Shown one piece after another: positions 1 to 13,731 of a stretch of 64,000 bases of DNA (its first letter is position 1; the number at the start of each line of letters is the position of its first letter). Both the position numbers and the translations under genes were made by a program. The stretch spans positions 1-64,000 of the forward strand of contig CAXHJY010001432.1 of assembly GCA_964016885.1 (NCBI GenBank), read 5' to 3'. Origin of the DNA: Eledone cirrhosa. Taxonomy: Eukaryota. Under the pieces are notes generated by a model. It was not told the DNA's origin, ran no database searches, and saw only the letters and a list, made by a program, of their open reading frames with translations.

Positions 1-44
1 CACCAGCAAACATACATACAAACATACATACATACAAACATACA

Positions 45-75
<31 letters not shown>

Positions 76-115
76 TTTACATACATACATACATACGTAC
101 ATACATACATACATA
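1..115. repeat. (CATA)n microsatellite
   Basis: Direct tetranucleotide repeat. Confidence 0.9.
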
Positions 116-579
116 TTATCTCAGTATATGAAATATGTAGGTCATGCCTCCTTATTTCATTGTTTTGTTTATTTCCGTTGTTTTATTTCTGTCTTTTCTG
201 TTAATCTTGCTTATCCAGAATTTACTTTGGAAACAAGTGGATGTATGTTTATAACTCTAAACAGTCAGTGAGGATGGAATTTCTGTCTCGTATTCGGGTC
301 GCTATCTTTAGAAAATGAGTCTTAATACTTTTGTCTAGATTATATTTATCAACAGACACCCTGCCCTCATAAAGAATACAAAGAACCCCTTCCCTCCAAC
401 AGCTGACTGACCACATGTCTCTTTAGTGCTACTGACAAAGGAAATCCTAATTTAAGATTAGTCAGAGAAGAAGCTCAACAGAGATGGATGGTGGGGTAGA
501 AATTTCTCTGTCAACCTTATCAAAATGAGGAAAAGGAAAAAAAAGTACAAGATTGAAACTTTAAAGCTGTAACAGTAAC

Positions 580-960
580 AGGACAACATCAGAAGGAGCC
601 ATGAAGCGGTTGGGTTCCCGTCACAACAGGAGCCTGCCGGCCCCAATCGTTGTGATGGCAAGCGCCATGACAGGAAAACCCGCTTCTCGTTTGTGCAGTA
701 CGTTCTGCGCCTCCAAATTTGTCACTTCAGCCACAAATCCAATCTCTGCCATCCGTAATGCAGACGTAAGGAAGGTAGCCAAGCACTGGGACTTGACTGA
801 ACGTTTTTTTTTTGTGCCAGTTGCCATTGAGATCTCTGGTGACCTCGCTCCCTGAACCTTTGTATTCTCTCGCAAAATTGGGAGGAGTGCATCCCGCTAG
901 AGAAAAAAACGTTGTGGCTGGCTGCTCTCAGAAGCAATTCTTTCGCCATTTTGAACACAT
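580..960 (+). mobile_element. CRE-clade non-LTR retrotransposon 3' fragment (restriction-like endonuclease region), degenerate
   Basis: Frame-shifted translation gives IRRSHEAVGFPSQQEPAGPNRCDGKRHD...TFCASKFVTSATNPISAIRNADVRKVAKHWDLTERFFFVPVAIEISG. This matches the CRE-type pattern EP.G..R.DGKRPDG...K..KY...F.PVAVET.G and resembles the fragments at 53.9 and 55.1 kb. Confidence 0.7.
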
Positions 961-1104
961 GAGGCAGCTGACATATACTGCCCAGTCTTTGGTGTGTACA
1001 TTATATAATTTAATTGAAATTTACTGAATAAGGTTATTTACAAAGAAACCCTAGTTAAGATTAGCTCAACAGAAGTGAGGGAGAAGGTAGAGATTTCACT
1101 GCCA

Positions 1105-1480
1105 ACATCGTCATGGTTCTTGGGTAATGACCGAAAGAATACGATCACAAATACTAGAGGCCGAAATAGGGTTCATCTGAAGGGTCTTTGGAGTAACGTT
1201 ACTTGATAGATTGTGTAACTCAGAAATTAGGGAGTCACTGCCGCTAGAGCCGCTATTCCTCCAAATCAAGAGATCATGTACTACTGTGGTTAGAATGCCC
1301 AAGGAAAGAATCGCTAGACGGATTTTACGAGTAAAGTCAACCGACAAGAAACCCAACGGTAGACGATGAGCATTTTGGTTGAATAACTTCCATCATTGCA
1401 GCTGGTCTCGCTTGGGAATACAGTTAGATCATTTTCAAGTGATTGCTTCTGATAGGACCCTCTCGAATGTATGTCTAAGA
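1105..1480 (+). mobile_element. RTE-clade LINE 3' fragment (Expander-like C-terminus), degenerate
   Basis: Plus-strand translation HGSWVMTERIRSQILEAEIGFI*RVFGVTLLDRLCNSEIRESLPLEPLFLQI...VRMPKERIARRIL...KKPNGR is typical of the RTE post-RT region. Confidence 0.75.
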
Positions 1481-1774
1481 ATCTATATCAACCTAAGAAT
1501 TCATTAGTTACTTGACTAATAATGATTATATCGACACATGTACTTAAATGGTACTATATTTTATAGAACTGCTGACCATACCTAACTGCTGCAAAACATT
1601 GTGTCCGATGCTATAACAAGGTCGCCCTTCATTTCCCAAATAAGAAAATCAAGGCGAAATATGTTGATATATATGTTTCTATTAACAACATGACACTCCC
1701 AGTGTAAAACAGCATGTGTGTGTATGCATGTGTGTGTGTGTGCATAAGTGTGTGCTTGTGGCCCTGTGAATATA

Positions 1775-1823
<49 letters not shown>

Positions 1824-2029
1824 CTCTTTTACCTGTTTCAGCCATCCGGCTGAGGCCATGCTGGGGCACCGCCCATATATATATATATATACATACATAT
1901 ATAAAAGTTAAAAAACCAAGGTTTTTAAATTAAATCCATCCATAATATCTACAATCGTTAATATACAAGTGATAAAATCAAGGAAAACCAAAATCTTATC
2001 TGATGGCATAAGTGTGTATATATATATAT

Positions 2030-2260
2030 GCAAAAGTTCTATTTAAAGTTGTTGGGATACAACAAGTAAATATTTTTATAACTGATATAAAGCACTCGAC
2101 AAGTTTTTGGAGTAGATATACGATATTAATAAATGGAAACTATATTTATAAAACCATATTTATTTCATTATACATATTTCAGGGATACCATATTAAATTA
2201 TGGTATGCCTTCATCAGACAAAATACAATATATAGCAGTTTTACAAATAGCTTTGACGTA
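2030..2260 (-). mobile_element. Short HHR-bearing repeat, family F2 (HHR-like motif ~2162-2226, minus strand)
   Basis: Homologous to 7295-7657 and 25630-26045. Reverse complement reads CTGATGA-AGGCATACCATA..TATGGTATCCCT-GAAATATGTA. Confidence 0.65.
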
Positions 2261-2349
2261 CCCTTTAAAATACAACCATTACTTTCGGAGGCTGTCTGGA
2301 TAGTGAGTTGTTTATATTGTTTTAATAAGTCATAGTGTTAAGCACAATT

Positions 2350-2425
2350 AGAAAAAGAAAAAGAAAAAGAAAAAGAAAAAGAAAAAGAAAAAGAAAAAGA
2401 AAAAGAAAAAGAAAAAAGAAAAAAG
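2350..2425. repeat. (GAAAAA)n hexamer repeat
   Basis: Direct repeat; source of the KRKRKR ORF. Confidence 0.9.
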
Positions 2426-2499
2426 ACGTCAGAATGGCAAGGGCCGTATCTCTATGCGTCAAAACATGGCGTCCGACCCTCTACCGATACTGGCTTTCT

Positions 2500-3215
2500 A
2501 ATATTAATAATGATATTTGATTCGTTTGCAATTATGCAAACAAGACTCATTTTTAAAGCCATGTCAGTAGAATGAGCCCTACATTCTTATATGCCATGTA
2601 AACAGAAGTGCAGATACTAATGTTTATGGGTATTACCCTTCATCAGTGCAGTCACACTGTTCAACTGTCAACTGTCACAGCTATTGAAAATATATATTTT
2701 CTAAAATATACAGTGACTGATCGGTCTGATATGCATATTAGGAGACTAGCTGATCAGCCAGATGTGCATATTAGTAGTCCCACTAATCAGCCAGATTTGC
2801 ATATCAGTAGACTGGCCAGTCAGTTTCCTGTATACGAGCGAGCAAATGCCGGCTTTGTCTTACACCCCCCCCCCCCCCCTCAAAAAAAAAATCACTCTAC
2901 ATGGCTGAATACAATAAATGTAATCTGAGTTTTTCAAATTTTAATAATAATGCAATTATGCAAACAAGCCTCATTTTTAAAGCCATGTCAGTAGAATGAG
3001 CCCCTCATTGTTGTCTTGTGTTGGCATATAAACAGAACTGCAGATACTAATGTTTCTGGATATCACCCTTCATCAGTACAGTTCACTGTTCACCTGCCAA
3101 CTGTCAGAGGTAGTGAAAATATATGATATTTTATAAAATATACAGTGACTGATCGGTGTGATTTGCATATTAGCAGACTAATTATTATTAATATTCGAAA
3201 AACTCAAATTACATT
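2500..3215 (-). mobile_element. Partial tandem dimer of HHR-bearing repeat family F1
   Basis: 2505-2745 is repeated at 2945-3180. Both copies carry an HHR-like core. Further copies at 8461-8805 and 45820-45970. Confidence 0.75.
3035..3084 (-). ncRNA. Minimal type I hammerhead ribozyme motif (F1)
   Basis: Reverse complement GAACUGUA-CUGAUGA-AGGGUGAUAUCCA-GAA-ACAUUAGUAU-C-UGCAGUUC: 8-bp stem I, intact core, near-palindromic stem III, AUC site. Confidence 0.7.
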
Positions 3216-3217
3216 TA

Positions 3218-3320
<103 letters not shown>

Positions 3321-3324
3321 TATA

Positions 3325-3372
<48 letters not shown>

Positions 3373-3379
3373 TATATGC

Positions 3380-3412
<33 letters not shown>

Positions 3413-3421
3413 AATATATGC

Positions 3422-3454
<33 letters not shown>

Positions 3455-3893
3455 AAATTTCAGGTTATCAATAATGTAGTGATAATATATCGTTACGTGC
3501 ACCAAATGACCAGCCCTGTCCACTGTCCAATTGGTCAAGTAGAGATTAAAATTGGCACTCCCAAAATTCTTATTTAGATTTACTCATGGTATTCTCAATA
3601 GAAACCCATTATATACTTGTTTAGCAGTAAATTAATTTACCATCTGTCATATACTATCCCCTCTTTTTCTTCCTCTATTACTAATATAAATACTTCAATT
3701 TTTCTGATTTTATCCAATTTATCCAAAATCTCTGAAGAAGTGACAACTGATTATACATTTGCTATCGAATGCTTGCTAACATTATATGATTACGCAAGCA
3801 GCGATACATAGGTATTCCGTCTGTTACAGAAACATATGTCAATTCCTAATAAATTCCTTTTTAAAAAAAGCACTTTCATTTTATATTCATCCT

Positions 3894-3942
<49 letters not shown>

Positions 3943-3952
3943 AATGCATATA

Positions 3953-3997
3953 CAGGTAAAATTCCGTTATAACGAATACCATTATAACGGAATTTCA

Positions 3998-4000
<3 letters not shown>
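3953..4000. mobile_element. 48-bp TIR-only remnant of a Tc1/pogo-like MITE
   Basis: TA-CAGGTAAAATTCCGTTATAA...TTATAACGGAATTTCACTG-TA: imperfect inverted termini flanked by TA. Confidence 0.55.
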
Positions 4001-4085
<85 letters not shown>

Positions 4086-4198
4086 ATATATATATATAAT
4101 TATATACTTAGGTTAATAGGAGTTAGGTATTGTATACCCGTGTCCCATTAAGGTATTGGCAGCATAATAATTCGCTCTATGCTTTGGAGCAGAGCCGT

Positions 4199-4629
<431 letters not shown>

Positions 4630-4650
4630 TTTATATATATATATGCATAA

Positions 4651-4686
<36 letters not shown>

Positions 4687-4787
4687 AAGTATGACCCCGA
4701 CGGCAGAGCTCAAGCTGTTTCGACGGCTATTTCTGGACTACTACCCTAAGTATTGAGTACTCTGGTGCGTTACCACAACTCCTCCGT

Positions 4788-4830
<43 letters not shown>

Positions 4831-4836
4831 GCATAA

Positions 4837-4905
<69 letters not shown>

Positions 4906-5278
4906 CAAATATACATGTGTTTTTGTGTATGTGTGGGGTAGTGTAAGGCTGTTAATTGCTAACAGAAGCAAAATTCTAGAAAAGTTTGCAGAAGAATGAG
5001 TGTTCCGATCTTAATGAGTATATACATACATACCTACTTACATTCATACATACATACTTACCTATATACACGCATACATACATATATATATATATACATA
5101 GATACATACATACATGCATACATACATATATTCATACATTTATACAAACATGTGTAAGCATGTATGTATATATATATTGGACTACTTATATATATATGTA
5201 AATATATGTGTGTGTATGTGTGTGTGTTTCTGTGTGATTGTGCGTGCGTGTGTGTGTGTGTATGTATGTATATATGTT

Positions 5279-5340
<62 letters not shown>

Positions 5341-5834
5341 TATATGAATGTGCATAAATACATATAAATATAGATGCACACAAACACACACAAATACACA
5401 AATACACACACACATACACACACACACATACACATGCATACATATATACATATAAAGAAAAATACGTAATGTTTCGGGAATGCACCAAGAAGATTATGCC
5501 AAAAAAACACAAACCTTTGAAGTAAGTATGTTTGTAAGACCTAATATGGGGTAAGACCTACACAGAAAACCATTCCATTTCCATTTGGTTTTGAAGATGT
5601 TTCGTCATGTTGATTCTAAAATTGATTAAATATTTAATCTAAAAATCTAGGCAGAATCTCTCCGAAGAAGGAAATAATAATAATGATAATAAGAATAAAA
5701 ATTATAATAGTAATAATAATAATTAATAATTGAATCATTAATTAATTGCCCTATATGTCTGCAATTTTATAGGGCCTCAATATGTTTCCTTTAGATCTGC
5801 GCTTTTGATTATTTGATGTGACGAATAATGTATG

Positions 5835-5905
<71 letters not shown>

Positions 5906-6569
5906 GTATATATGTATATATATGTATGCATATATATATATGTATATATACATACATGACATTACATTCAAACTAACACGTAGACACACACATATAGACA
6001 AATTGATAGATGCGTAGATATGCATGTGTATGTTTATATGTATGAATAAACACACACATATAGATATATACATGCATACAAATTTGTGTACATTCACACC
6101 TACTTAAATACAGGCATACTAGGTACACATTCACATATACATCGTACATATATACATACACACAAATACATAAATACTAACATAAATACATACATACATA
6201 CATACATACATACATACATGCATGCATGCATGCATGCATACATACATACATACATACATACATACATACATACATACATACATACATACATACATTACTT
6301 GAATCAACCTTCATACTGATTCGGTTTAGTTGGAGTTCGTTTGCTTTCATCATTTCTTTCATTCTATAAAATTTCTTATGCATCATTCTTTATCACAGCT
6401 CACCACACTACACTGCACCACAACATATTACACCATTCCGCACCACACCGCTCCATCATACCACCCACACTGCGCTACATTGTACCATACCACGCTACAC
6501 CATTCCACACTACACCGCTATCTAAGTGAATCTTTACATATTTGAAATGTTTCATTCTTGCTCATTTTC

Positions 6570-6618
<49 letters not shown>

Positions 6619-6720
6619 TGTGTGTGTGTGTGTATATATATATATATTGCATATATATATTGTGTGTATATATATATATTGTATATATATATATATATAA
6701 ATATATATATTTTGTATATA

Positions 6721-6785
<65 letters not shown>

Positions 6786-6791
<6 letters not shown>

Positions 6792-6955
6792 AAGATGGAA
6801 GAAGTAAACAAGTTTTTAAAAAAATCTTTACTTACTCACTTTAATGTCCCTACTGCAGTCTCATTAGGAAAATAACGAAACTCTGAGTGGAGTATAGCGA
6901 AGTGAGTAAGTAAAGATTTTTTTCTTAACTTGTTTGCCTCTTCCATATTTGATAT
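6786..6955. repeat. Degenerate fold-back (~55-bp arms) abutting a (TA)n tract
   Basis: ATATCAAAGATGGAAGAAG..AATCTTTACTTACTCACTT is inverted at AAGTGAGTAAGTAAAGATT..CTTCCATATTTGATAT. Confidence 0.7.
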
Positions 6956-7124
6956 TATTAGGCCCTGAATCTGTTAATCTTATTAACTCTTTCATAGAAC
7001 CAAACTCAGTATAAGTTGGACACTGTATGTATGTATCTATACTGGCATCTATAGTCGTGTAGAGATATATGCATGAATGGACTGTTATTTTTATCTAAAG
7101 ACATCTTTTCCAATTCCAACCCAG

Positions 7125-7285
7125 CCGTCCCCTCAATCTATCTTATTTCTCATTCTTTCATCCGATGAAGGACTAGCGTCAGAAACGTTAAGACCCTCTT
7201 CCTGCTATTTCAAGCGTTAACCTAATATGTTCCTCCCATATACTGTACCGATTGTGTTGTTATTTCTGTTTATCTTTTACATACA
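7125..7285 (+). mobile_element. HHR-bearing short repeat, family F4 (mutated HHR at 7158-7193)
   Basis: Homologous to 28235-28395 (-) and 57455-57610 (+). Confidence 0.75.
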
Positions 7286-7294
7286 TACATATAT

Positions 7295-7655
7295 AAGCAG
7301 AAGGGATATTCAATTTGTTGGTAATTCAACAAATATAAATGTTTATAACTGATTCAGAGCACTCGACAAGTTTTCTGGAGCATAATATTCAATGATATTA
7401 AATAAATGGAAACTATATTTATGAAATCATATTTATTCTATTATATATATATTTCAAGTGTACCAAAATTTTGGTACGCTATCATCAGATAAAATACTAA
7501 GTGTGTTTTATAAATTTTGACATAACCAAGGAAAATATACCTTAACGGTTCAAATTTTCCTTGGATAGGAAAAATACTATGTTGGTACCCTTGAAATATA
7601 TATAATAGAATAAATATGGTTTTATAAATATAGTTTCCATTTATTTAATATCATT

Positions 7656-7657
<2 letters not shown>
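7295..7657. mobile_element. F2 element with HHR (7434-7496, minus strand) and inverted partial copy (7582-7657)
   Basis: Reverse complement reads TATTTTAT-CTGATGA-TAGCGTACCAAAATTTTGGTACACTT-GAAATATATATATA-ATAGAATA. 7582-7657 is the reverse complement of 7390-7467. Confidence 0.7.
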
Positions 7658-7750
<93 letters not shown>

Positions 7751-8153
7751 TATATATATATATATATATATATCAGAATAAAAACGCTAATAAAAAAAGC
7801 AAAAAAGTGTGAAAAATTCACCTGGTAGGATATTTATAACATGTTAAAAAAATTGATCTTGACAAAGCATGTTTTCTTCTTTTGGATCTTCAAAACAATT
7901 GTTATTAGATTAAATTATATTTTCTTTAAAACCTCTGCATGCTGATTCTCGATTACATTGTTTTCGGTAGCGACCCAAACTAATGTAATCGAAACTCACC
8001 ATTCAGGCTTTTCAAACATCAATTTTCTGCGCATTATATGAAGATCCTTTATATATATACCAGGTGCGCTTTTCGAACCATTTTTTTTTAATTATCATTT
8101 TCCTTATATAATGCGATCTGTAAAGAATGTTTTCTAACGTCCACACTTTCTTT

Positions 8154-8209
<56 letters not shown>

Positions 8210-8271
8210 AAAAAAAGTTATCGCTCTACATGGCTGATTACAATAAATGTGATCTGAATGTTTCGAATATT

Positions 8272-8460
8272 AATAATTGTTTCTACTTTTGGCACAAGGC
8301 CAGCAATTACCCAGTACATTACTGGTACTTTATTTTATCGACCCCGTAAGGATGAAAGGCAAAGTTAACCTCGGCGGGATTTGAACTTAGACTGTAAAGG
8401 GACGTAACTATGCTAGAAAGCATGGCGTCCAACCCTCTACCGATACTGCCAATTCACCGT
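8272..8460 (-). mobile_element. tRNA-derived SINE (major family)
   Basis: Reverse complement has A-box-like TGGCAGTATCGGTAGAG, B-box-like AGTTCAAATCCC and the family tail GATAAAATAAAGTACCAGT. Many copies in the window. Confidence 0.8.
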
Positions 8461-8805
8461 TTCGAATATTAATAATAATATTCGGTTCGCTTGCAATTAT
8501 GCAAACAAGCCTCTTTTAAAGCTATGTCAGTAGAATGAGCCCCTCATTCTTGCAGATCTGACTAATCAGTCAGTCTTCTAATATGCAAATCAGGCCTTTC
8601 AGTCATTGTATATTTTAGAAAATATCATATATTTTCACTAGCTCTGACAGTTGTCAGGTGAACAGTGAACTGCACTGATGAAGGGTAATACCCAGAAACA
8701 AAAAAGCAAGAATGAGGGGCTCATTCTACTGACATGGCTTAAAAAGAGGCTTGTTTGCATAATTACAAACGAGTCGAATATTATTATTAATATTCGAAAA
8801 ACTCA
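8461..8805. mobile_element. F1 element in fold-back arrangement (truncated HHR ~8667-8700, plus strand)
   Basis: 8461-8552 is the reverse complement of ~8706-8797. Contains GAACTGCA-CTGATGAAGGGTAATACCCAGAAAC. Confidence 0.7.
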
Positions 8806-9130
8806 TATATATATATATATATATATTTGAAGGATGAGTATTTAAACTTTATTTTATTCAGAGTTAGGGCTCTATTGATTTTTCCCTGGATTTCACAAAA
8901 TTCTATGGATAAATCTATGTCTTGATTTTTTTTTTAATTGAGTTTGAATTATTTTCCCACATCTTACGTTAATTATTTTCCATTTTGACGTTATAGTCAC
9001 TTATATATTATGAAATACTGTTGGCTTCACGCTCGGGGTCTTACTGGTTCCTATTACCCACTCTACTACCCTAAGTATTGAGTACTTTGGTGCGTTATGG
9101 TCCACCTGGTTCCTTACCACATTTCCTTCG

Positions 9131-9193
<63 letters not shown>

Positions 9194-9469
9194 AATATAT
9201 ATATACAAATATATATATACAAATATATATATATATATATATATATGCAAAAGGATTTAACTTAGGAAATATTCAGAAATTTGGGAAATTGATATACAAG
9301 CGTCATGAGAACAATTGGTCACTATGAATGGTAATTGAGAAAATTCGGTAAAGTGCTCCTGTAAATGGAAATATGTGAATAGAGGCAAGTCCACTTTTTT
9401 CGGCTTCACGAGGTGTACTTAACCCAATTATCAAAAATATCATAGGAGCGCATGCATTATATATATCTA

Positions 9470-12400
9470 TCTATATATCTTATATATAAAAGGAAGTTGG
9501 GCGTTGTTTGTTTGTTTGTTTGTTTGTTTGTTTGGTGTCCCGAACTTGCAGGCTACACCGTTCATCCGAATTTCATGAAACTTAACACATATATAAAACT
9601 CGACCCTTAGATTGGAATAGGTTAGTTGAAATTTTCGAAAAATCGATATTTTCAAAAATCGTCCGATTTCCATGAAACTCGATGGAATTGTGTATTTTGA
9701 TGCGGGGATGAACGTGGACTACATTAAATGTTCGAAAAATCGATAAGTGGATCACCAGAGGCAAATATCGATATTTACGAAATTTGTCCGATTCCTATGA
9801 AATTTAACGTAGGTATGTATTTTGATGCGGGGATCAACGTGGGGTACTTGAAATGTTCAAACAAATCGATAATCGGACCCCCAGAGGCCAAAATCCAGCA
9901 ACCGAAAAACGCCATTCTTCTTGATTCCATTTGTCGCGACTCCCGCCATGCAAAAAACGTTCAATCTATCAGGATTATCCACCGTAAGTCTCTTTAAATT
10001 AACGCTCACCATATTCTGCAAACCTTTTATGCCGATTCTTCCATTTCTTATATAAGGACTATCAAGACTATATCGCCGCGCATCATCCTGTATTGCGCCC
10101 TGTCTTCTCAAGCGATCATCGAGCCTCCATGCGCTCTCTTCATTCCCGTGGTCCCACTACCGTAGCATAATGATGCATCCGTCAACCCCTGCCCTCTCCC
10201 TTCCCTGCATGCCGTCGCCCAATGCATCGTCATGCCTCACCATGCCGCATTACTGCCCTGTCGACCACCATCCCCTCCTCAGCCCTTTCTTTTGCCTGCT
10301 CGCCGTGCTCCTTCAAGACTGCCATGCCTAACCAAGCTGCATCCCTGCCACCATCAAGTCCTGCTCTCTCCCTTCCCTGCACGCCGTTGTCCCACTGCAT
10401 CGTCATGCCTCATCATGCCGCATCCATGCTCTGTTAGCCGCCATGCCCTCTCCTGCCCTCTCCCTTACCCGCACGCCTTGGTCCTTCACGAGTGCCATGG
10501 CTCACCATGCGGAATCCCTGCAACCGTCAATCCCGGCCATCTCCCTTCCGTCCACGCCGTCGACACACTGCATCGTTATGCCTCACCATGCCGCATCTAT
10601 GATCTGTCAGCCGCCATCACCTCCTCAGCCTTTTATTTTGACTGCTCGCCGTGCTCCTTCAAGACTGCCATGCCTAACTAAGCCGCATCCTTGCCACCGT
10701 CAACCCCTGCCATCTCCCTTGCCCGCACGCCTGTGTCCTTCACGACTGCCATGGCTCACCATGCGGCATTTTTGCCCTGTCAGCAACTTGCTCAAATGTC
10801 ATCAGGATGGTTTATTCCGGTGCCGCACATAACCGCCCATTATCTCAGACCAAAGGCAGCACCGAACATGAAGACGATCCCGTGTAAGTCTTTTTACATT
10901 CATTTTGACCATATTTAACAAAATTAAACAAAAATTCATCCCTTTCTCCTCCAAAGCCTACCGATCATGTATGGCCGATACACATCCTGCCTTGCACCCG
11001 GTTTTCTCAAACAATCATCGTGCCTCCCGGTGCTCTCTACATTCCCGAGGTGCAACTCATTTGGCATGCCGCATCCACGCCCTGTCAGCCGCCATGCACC
11101 CTGCCCTTTCGTCATGCCTCATCATGATGTATCCCTGCCCTGTCAGCCGCCATCCACTCCCCGACCCTTTCCACTGCCTAAGCATGGCAGTCTTGAGGGA
11201 CCAAGTCGCATCCCTGCCACCGTCAACCCCTGCCCTCTCCGTTCCCTACACACCGTCGTCCCACTGCATCGTCATGCATCACCATGCCACATCAATGCTC
11301 TGTCAGCCACCATCCCCTCCTTGGCCCTTTCTTTTGCCTGCCTGCAGGCTCCTTCAATACTGCCATGGCTCACGATGCGGCATCCTTGCCACCGTTCACC
11401 CCTGCCCTCTTCCTTGCCTGTTGGCTGTCGTCCCACTGCATCGTCATGCTTCAGGATGCCGCATCCATGCACTGTCAGCCTCCATCCTCTCCTCGGCCCT
11501 TTCTTTTGTCTGACAACTGTGCTCCTTCAAGACTCCCATGGCTATCTATGCCGCGTCAATTCCTTGCCACCCTCTTGGCTTATTGTTGCCTCATTTGACC
11601 ACCGATTTTCGCAGGCTAAACACAATACCAACGTGCACGAGAGTTCATGATAAATCTTTTTAATTACATGTTCATCATGCTAAGCAAAGGATGAATAGCA
11701 ATTCTTTCATTTCTCCTGACATGCCTTTCTGTCAATTATGGCCGAACAGCATCCTGTGTAGCATCCCGTCTTTTCAAGCGATCAGCGTGCCTTCCACTGT
11801 CCTCACAATTGACTCACAACGCCGCATCTATTCCCTGCGACGCCCCTAAACATCATCAGCATGGCTTATTTTTCTGCCGCGTTTAACCGGCCCTCAGTCT
11901 AGGCCATAAACATCAAAACCACACGATGATGCTGCGTAAGTCTATTTAAATAAATGGTCAACATGTTCAGCAAAACAATTGTACCAATTCTTCCTCTTCA
12001 CCTCCTAGGCCTATCCATTACATCTTAGAGGTCGGGATTCGCAATTTCTACGATTTCAATATTGACACAACAGTCCGTCAGGTTTTTCGGCACATGTTGC
12101 TCCGAGAGGAATATCAACGTGATTTTCACTTAATTCGTAAGTGTTCAGTCTTCCGTATGCTTTTATTTTTTATTGATACAACACCGACTACAATCATCTA
12201 ACTTCACTTTGTAGGCTAGACGCGAATCACAAGGAAAACAATCCTCTGATATACAACCCCAACAAATTCTTTGGTCTACCTAGATTTCAATGGCTATATC
12301 CTTTGCTTTTGTACGGTTGTACATTTGACAATGTCGCAACACATTATTCCACTTGATTCTTACCTTTCAGCTATGAATTGGGCAGTGCCTTAAAATCCCG

Positions 12401-13363
12401 GTTTATTTGCGTGCAATGTTTGGTATCCTATGAATGGAAAATCAAAAAACCTTTTTCTCATAACCTGATACATGCGTTACACATGCTCCATGGATGTTTG
12501 TGGACTATTTTTTCAAAATACCAATATCACAGATTGGAGCACAAAAAGAAACGTTTGTTCTTCATTTATTTCGGTTAAAGCATCCTGCTGGAATTTAGTG
12601 CAGACGCGTTTAAATCCAGCGCCTTATAACCCCGAGTGTAACCGGGTACACCAGCTAGAAAGACAAATGGAAACATTGTTTCCTCGGTCCGATTTGACGA
12701 AAGTCGATTTAGTTCCACAACAAATTAACAAACCATACTTGAAGACACGTTGAGGCTGTTGCAAAGGGCAATAACCCTAGACACAATTTTGATCAACTTT
12801 TTTTCACCTATAGCAAATTTACCGGGACAGGTTTTTAGCTACTCAAATCTACTTCAGAGGTCACGCATTCATGTAAAAAATCAATAAAACTGAAGCGGGG
12901 GTTCGATTTTGCGCAAAAAACAAGGCAAAGTTGCACATGGGGAAAACTTTTTACAGGAACGTCGGATTTTCTTGAAAACTGTCGCAAAAGACTCGCCATT
13001 ATGCCGCGGTTCAGATAAAGTCCCTTTTATTTCTTCTTCTGCACATGTGAGCGCGAAAATTGTAAAAAAAAAAACTGTGAAAAAATCGACTTTTTCACCC
13101 TGCTTTAAAAATCAACTGGAAATTCAATTTCAAGTGAATTTGACTTCCGTCAGTCGTGCAAAGAACAATTTAAACGATACACTGTGAACCTACAATTGAT
13201 CCATCATTTATGCTCAATTACACACCTGCGTCTACTAACCTCTGTTTTTTTCCTTGAGGTTCGAAGGTTTTTGCACCTGTGATGCGCGGGAAGTAACTTT
13301 CACACATTTTAACAACAGAGCAAAGGTCGACTTACACCCGGGCAACGCCGGGTATTTCTGCTA

Positions 13364-13364
<1 letters not shown>
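9470..13364 (+). mobile_element. Non-autonomous Helitron (~3.9 kb)
   Basis: 5' TC(TATA)...AAAGG followed by (GTTT)n. The 3' hairpin ACCCGG-GCAACG-CCGGGT (13336-13353) is followed by CTAG|T. Inserted in (TA)n. Confidence 0.75.
10140..11600. repeat. Degenerate ~172-bp tandem repeat inside the Helitron
   Basis: CCGTCAACCCC-like anchors recur at ~10179, 10351, 10524, 10697, 11220 and 11392. Confidence 0.7.
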
Positions 13365-13443
<79 letters not shown>

Positions 13444-13489
13444 ATAAACATTTTCAAGTATTAAGAAAAATAAATGCAGATATGTATTT

Positions 13490-13552
<63 letters not shown>

Positions 13553-13557
<5 letters not shown>

Positions 13558-13682
13558 GCCGTCGAAACGGCTTGAGCTCTGCCGTCGGGGTCATACTTTT
13601 TCCTATTTCCCACTCTACTACCCTAAGTATTGAGTACTCTGGTGCGTTATGGTCCATTTGGTTCCTTACCACAATTCCTTTG

Positions 13683-13687
<5 letters not shown>
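13553..13687 (+). repeat. Hairpin-apex repeat family H (one arm)
   Basis: AATAGCCGTCGAAACGGCTTGAGC...CTACTACCCTAAGTATTGAGTAC. Also at ~4690, 9030, 45450, 46975, 47310, 56530 and 59100-59510. Confidence 0.8.

Positions 13688-13731
<44 letters not shown>

Noticed and set aside
3728-3785. Further HHR-like motifs (3732 plus strand, ~45230-45262 minus strand, ~6830-6870 minus strand)
   Set aside because: Core or stem I too degenerate to call.
10222-11650. Pro/Cys/His-rich ORFs as genes captured by the Helitron
   Set aside because: They overlap the degenerate 172-bp repeat in multiple frames with no domain signature.
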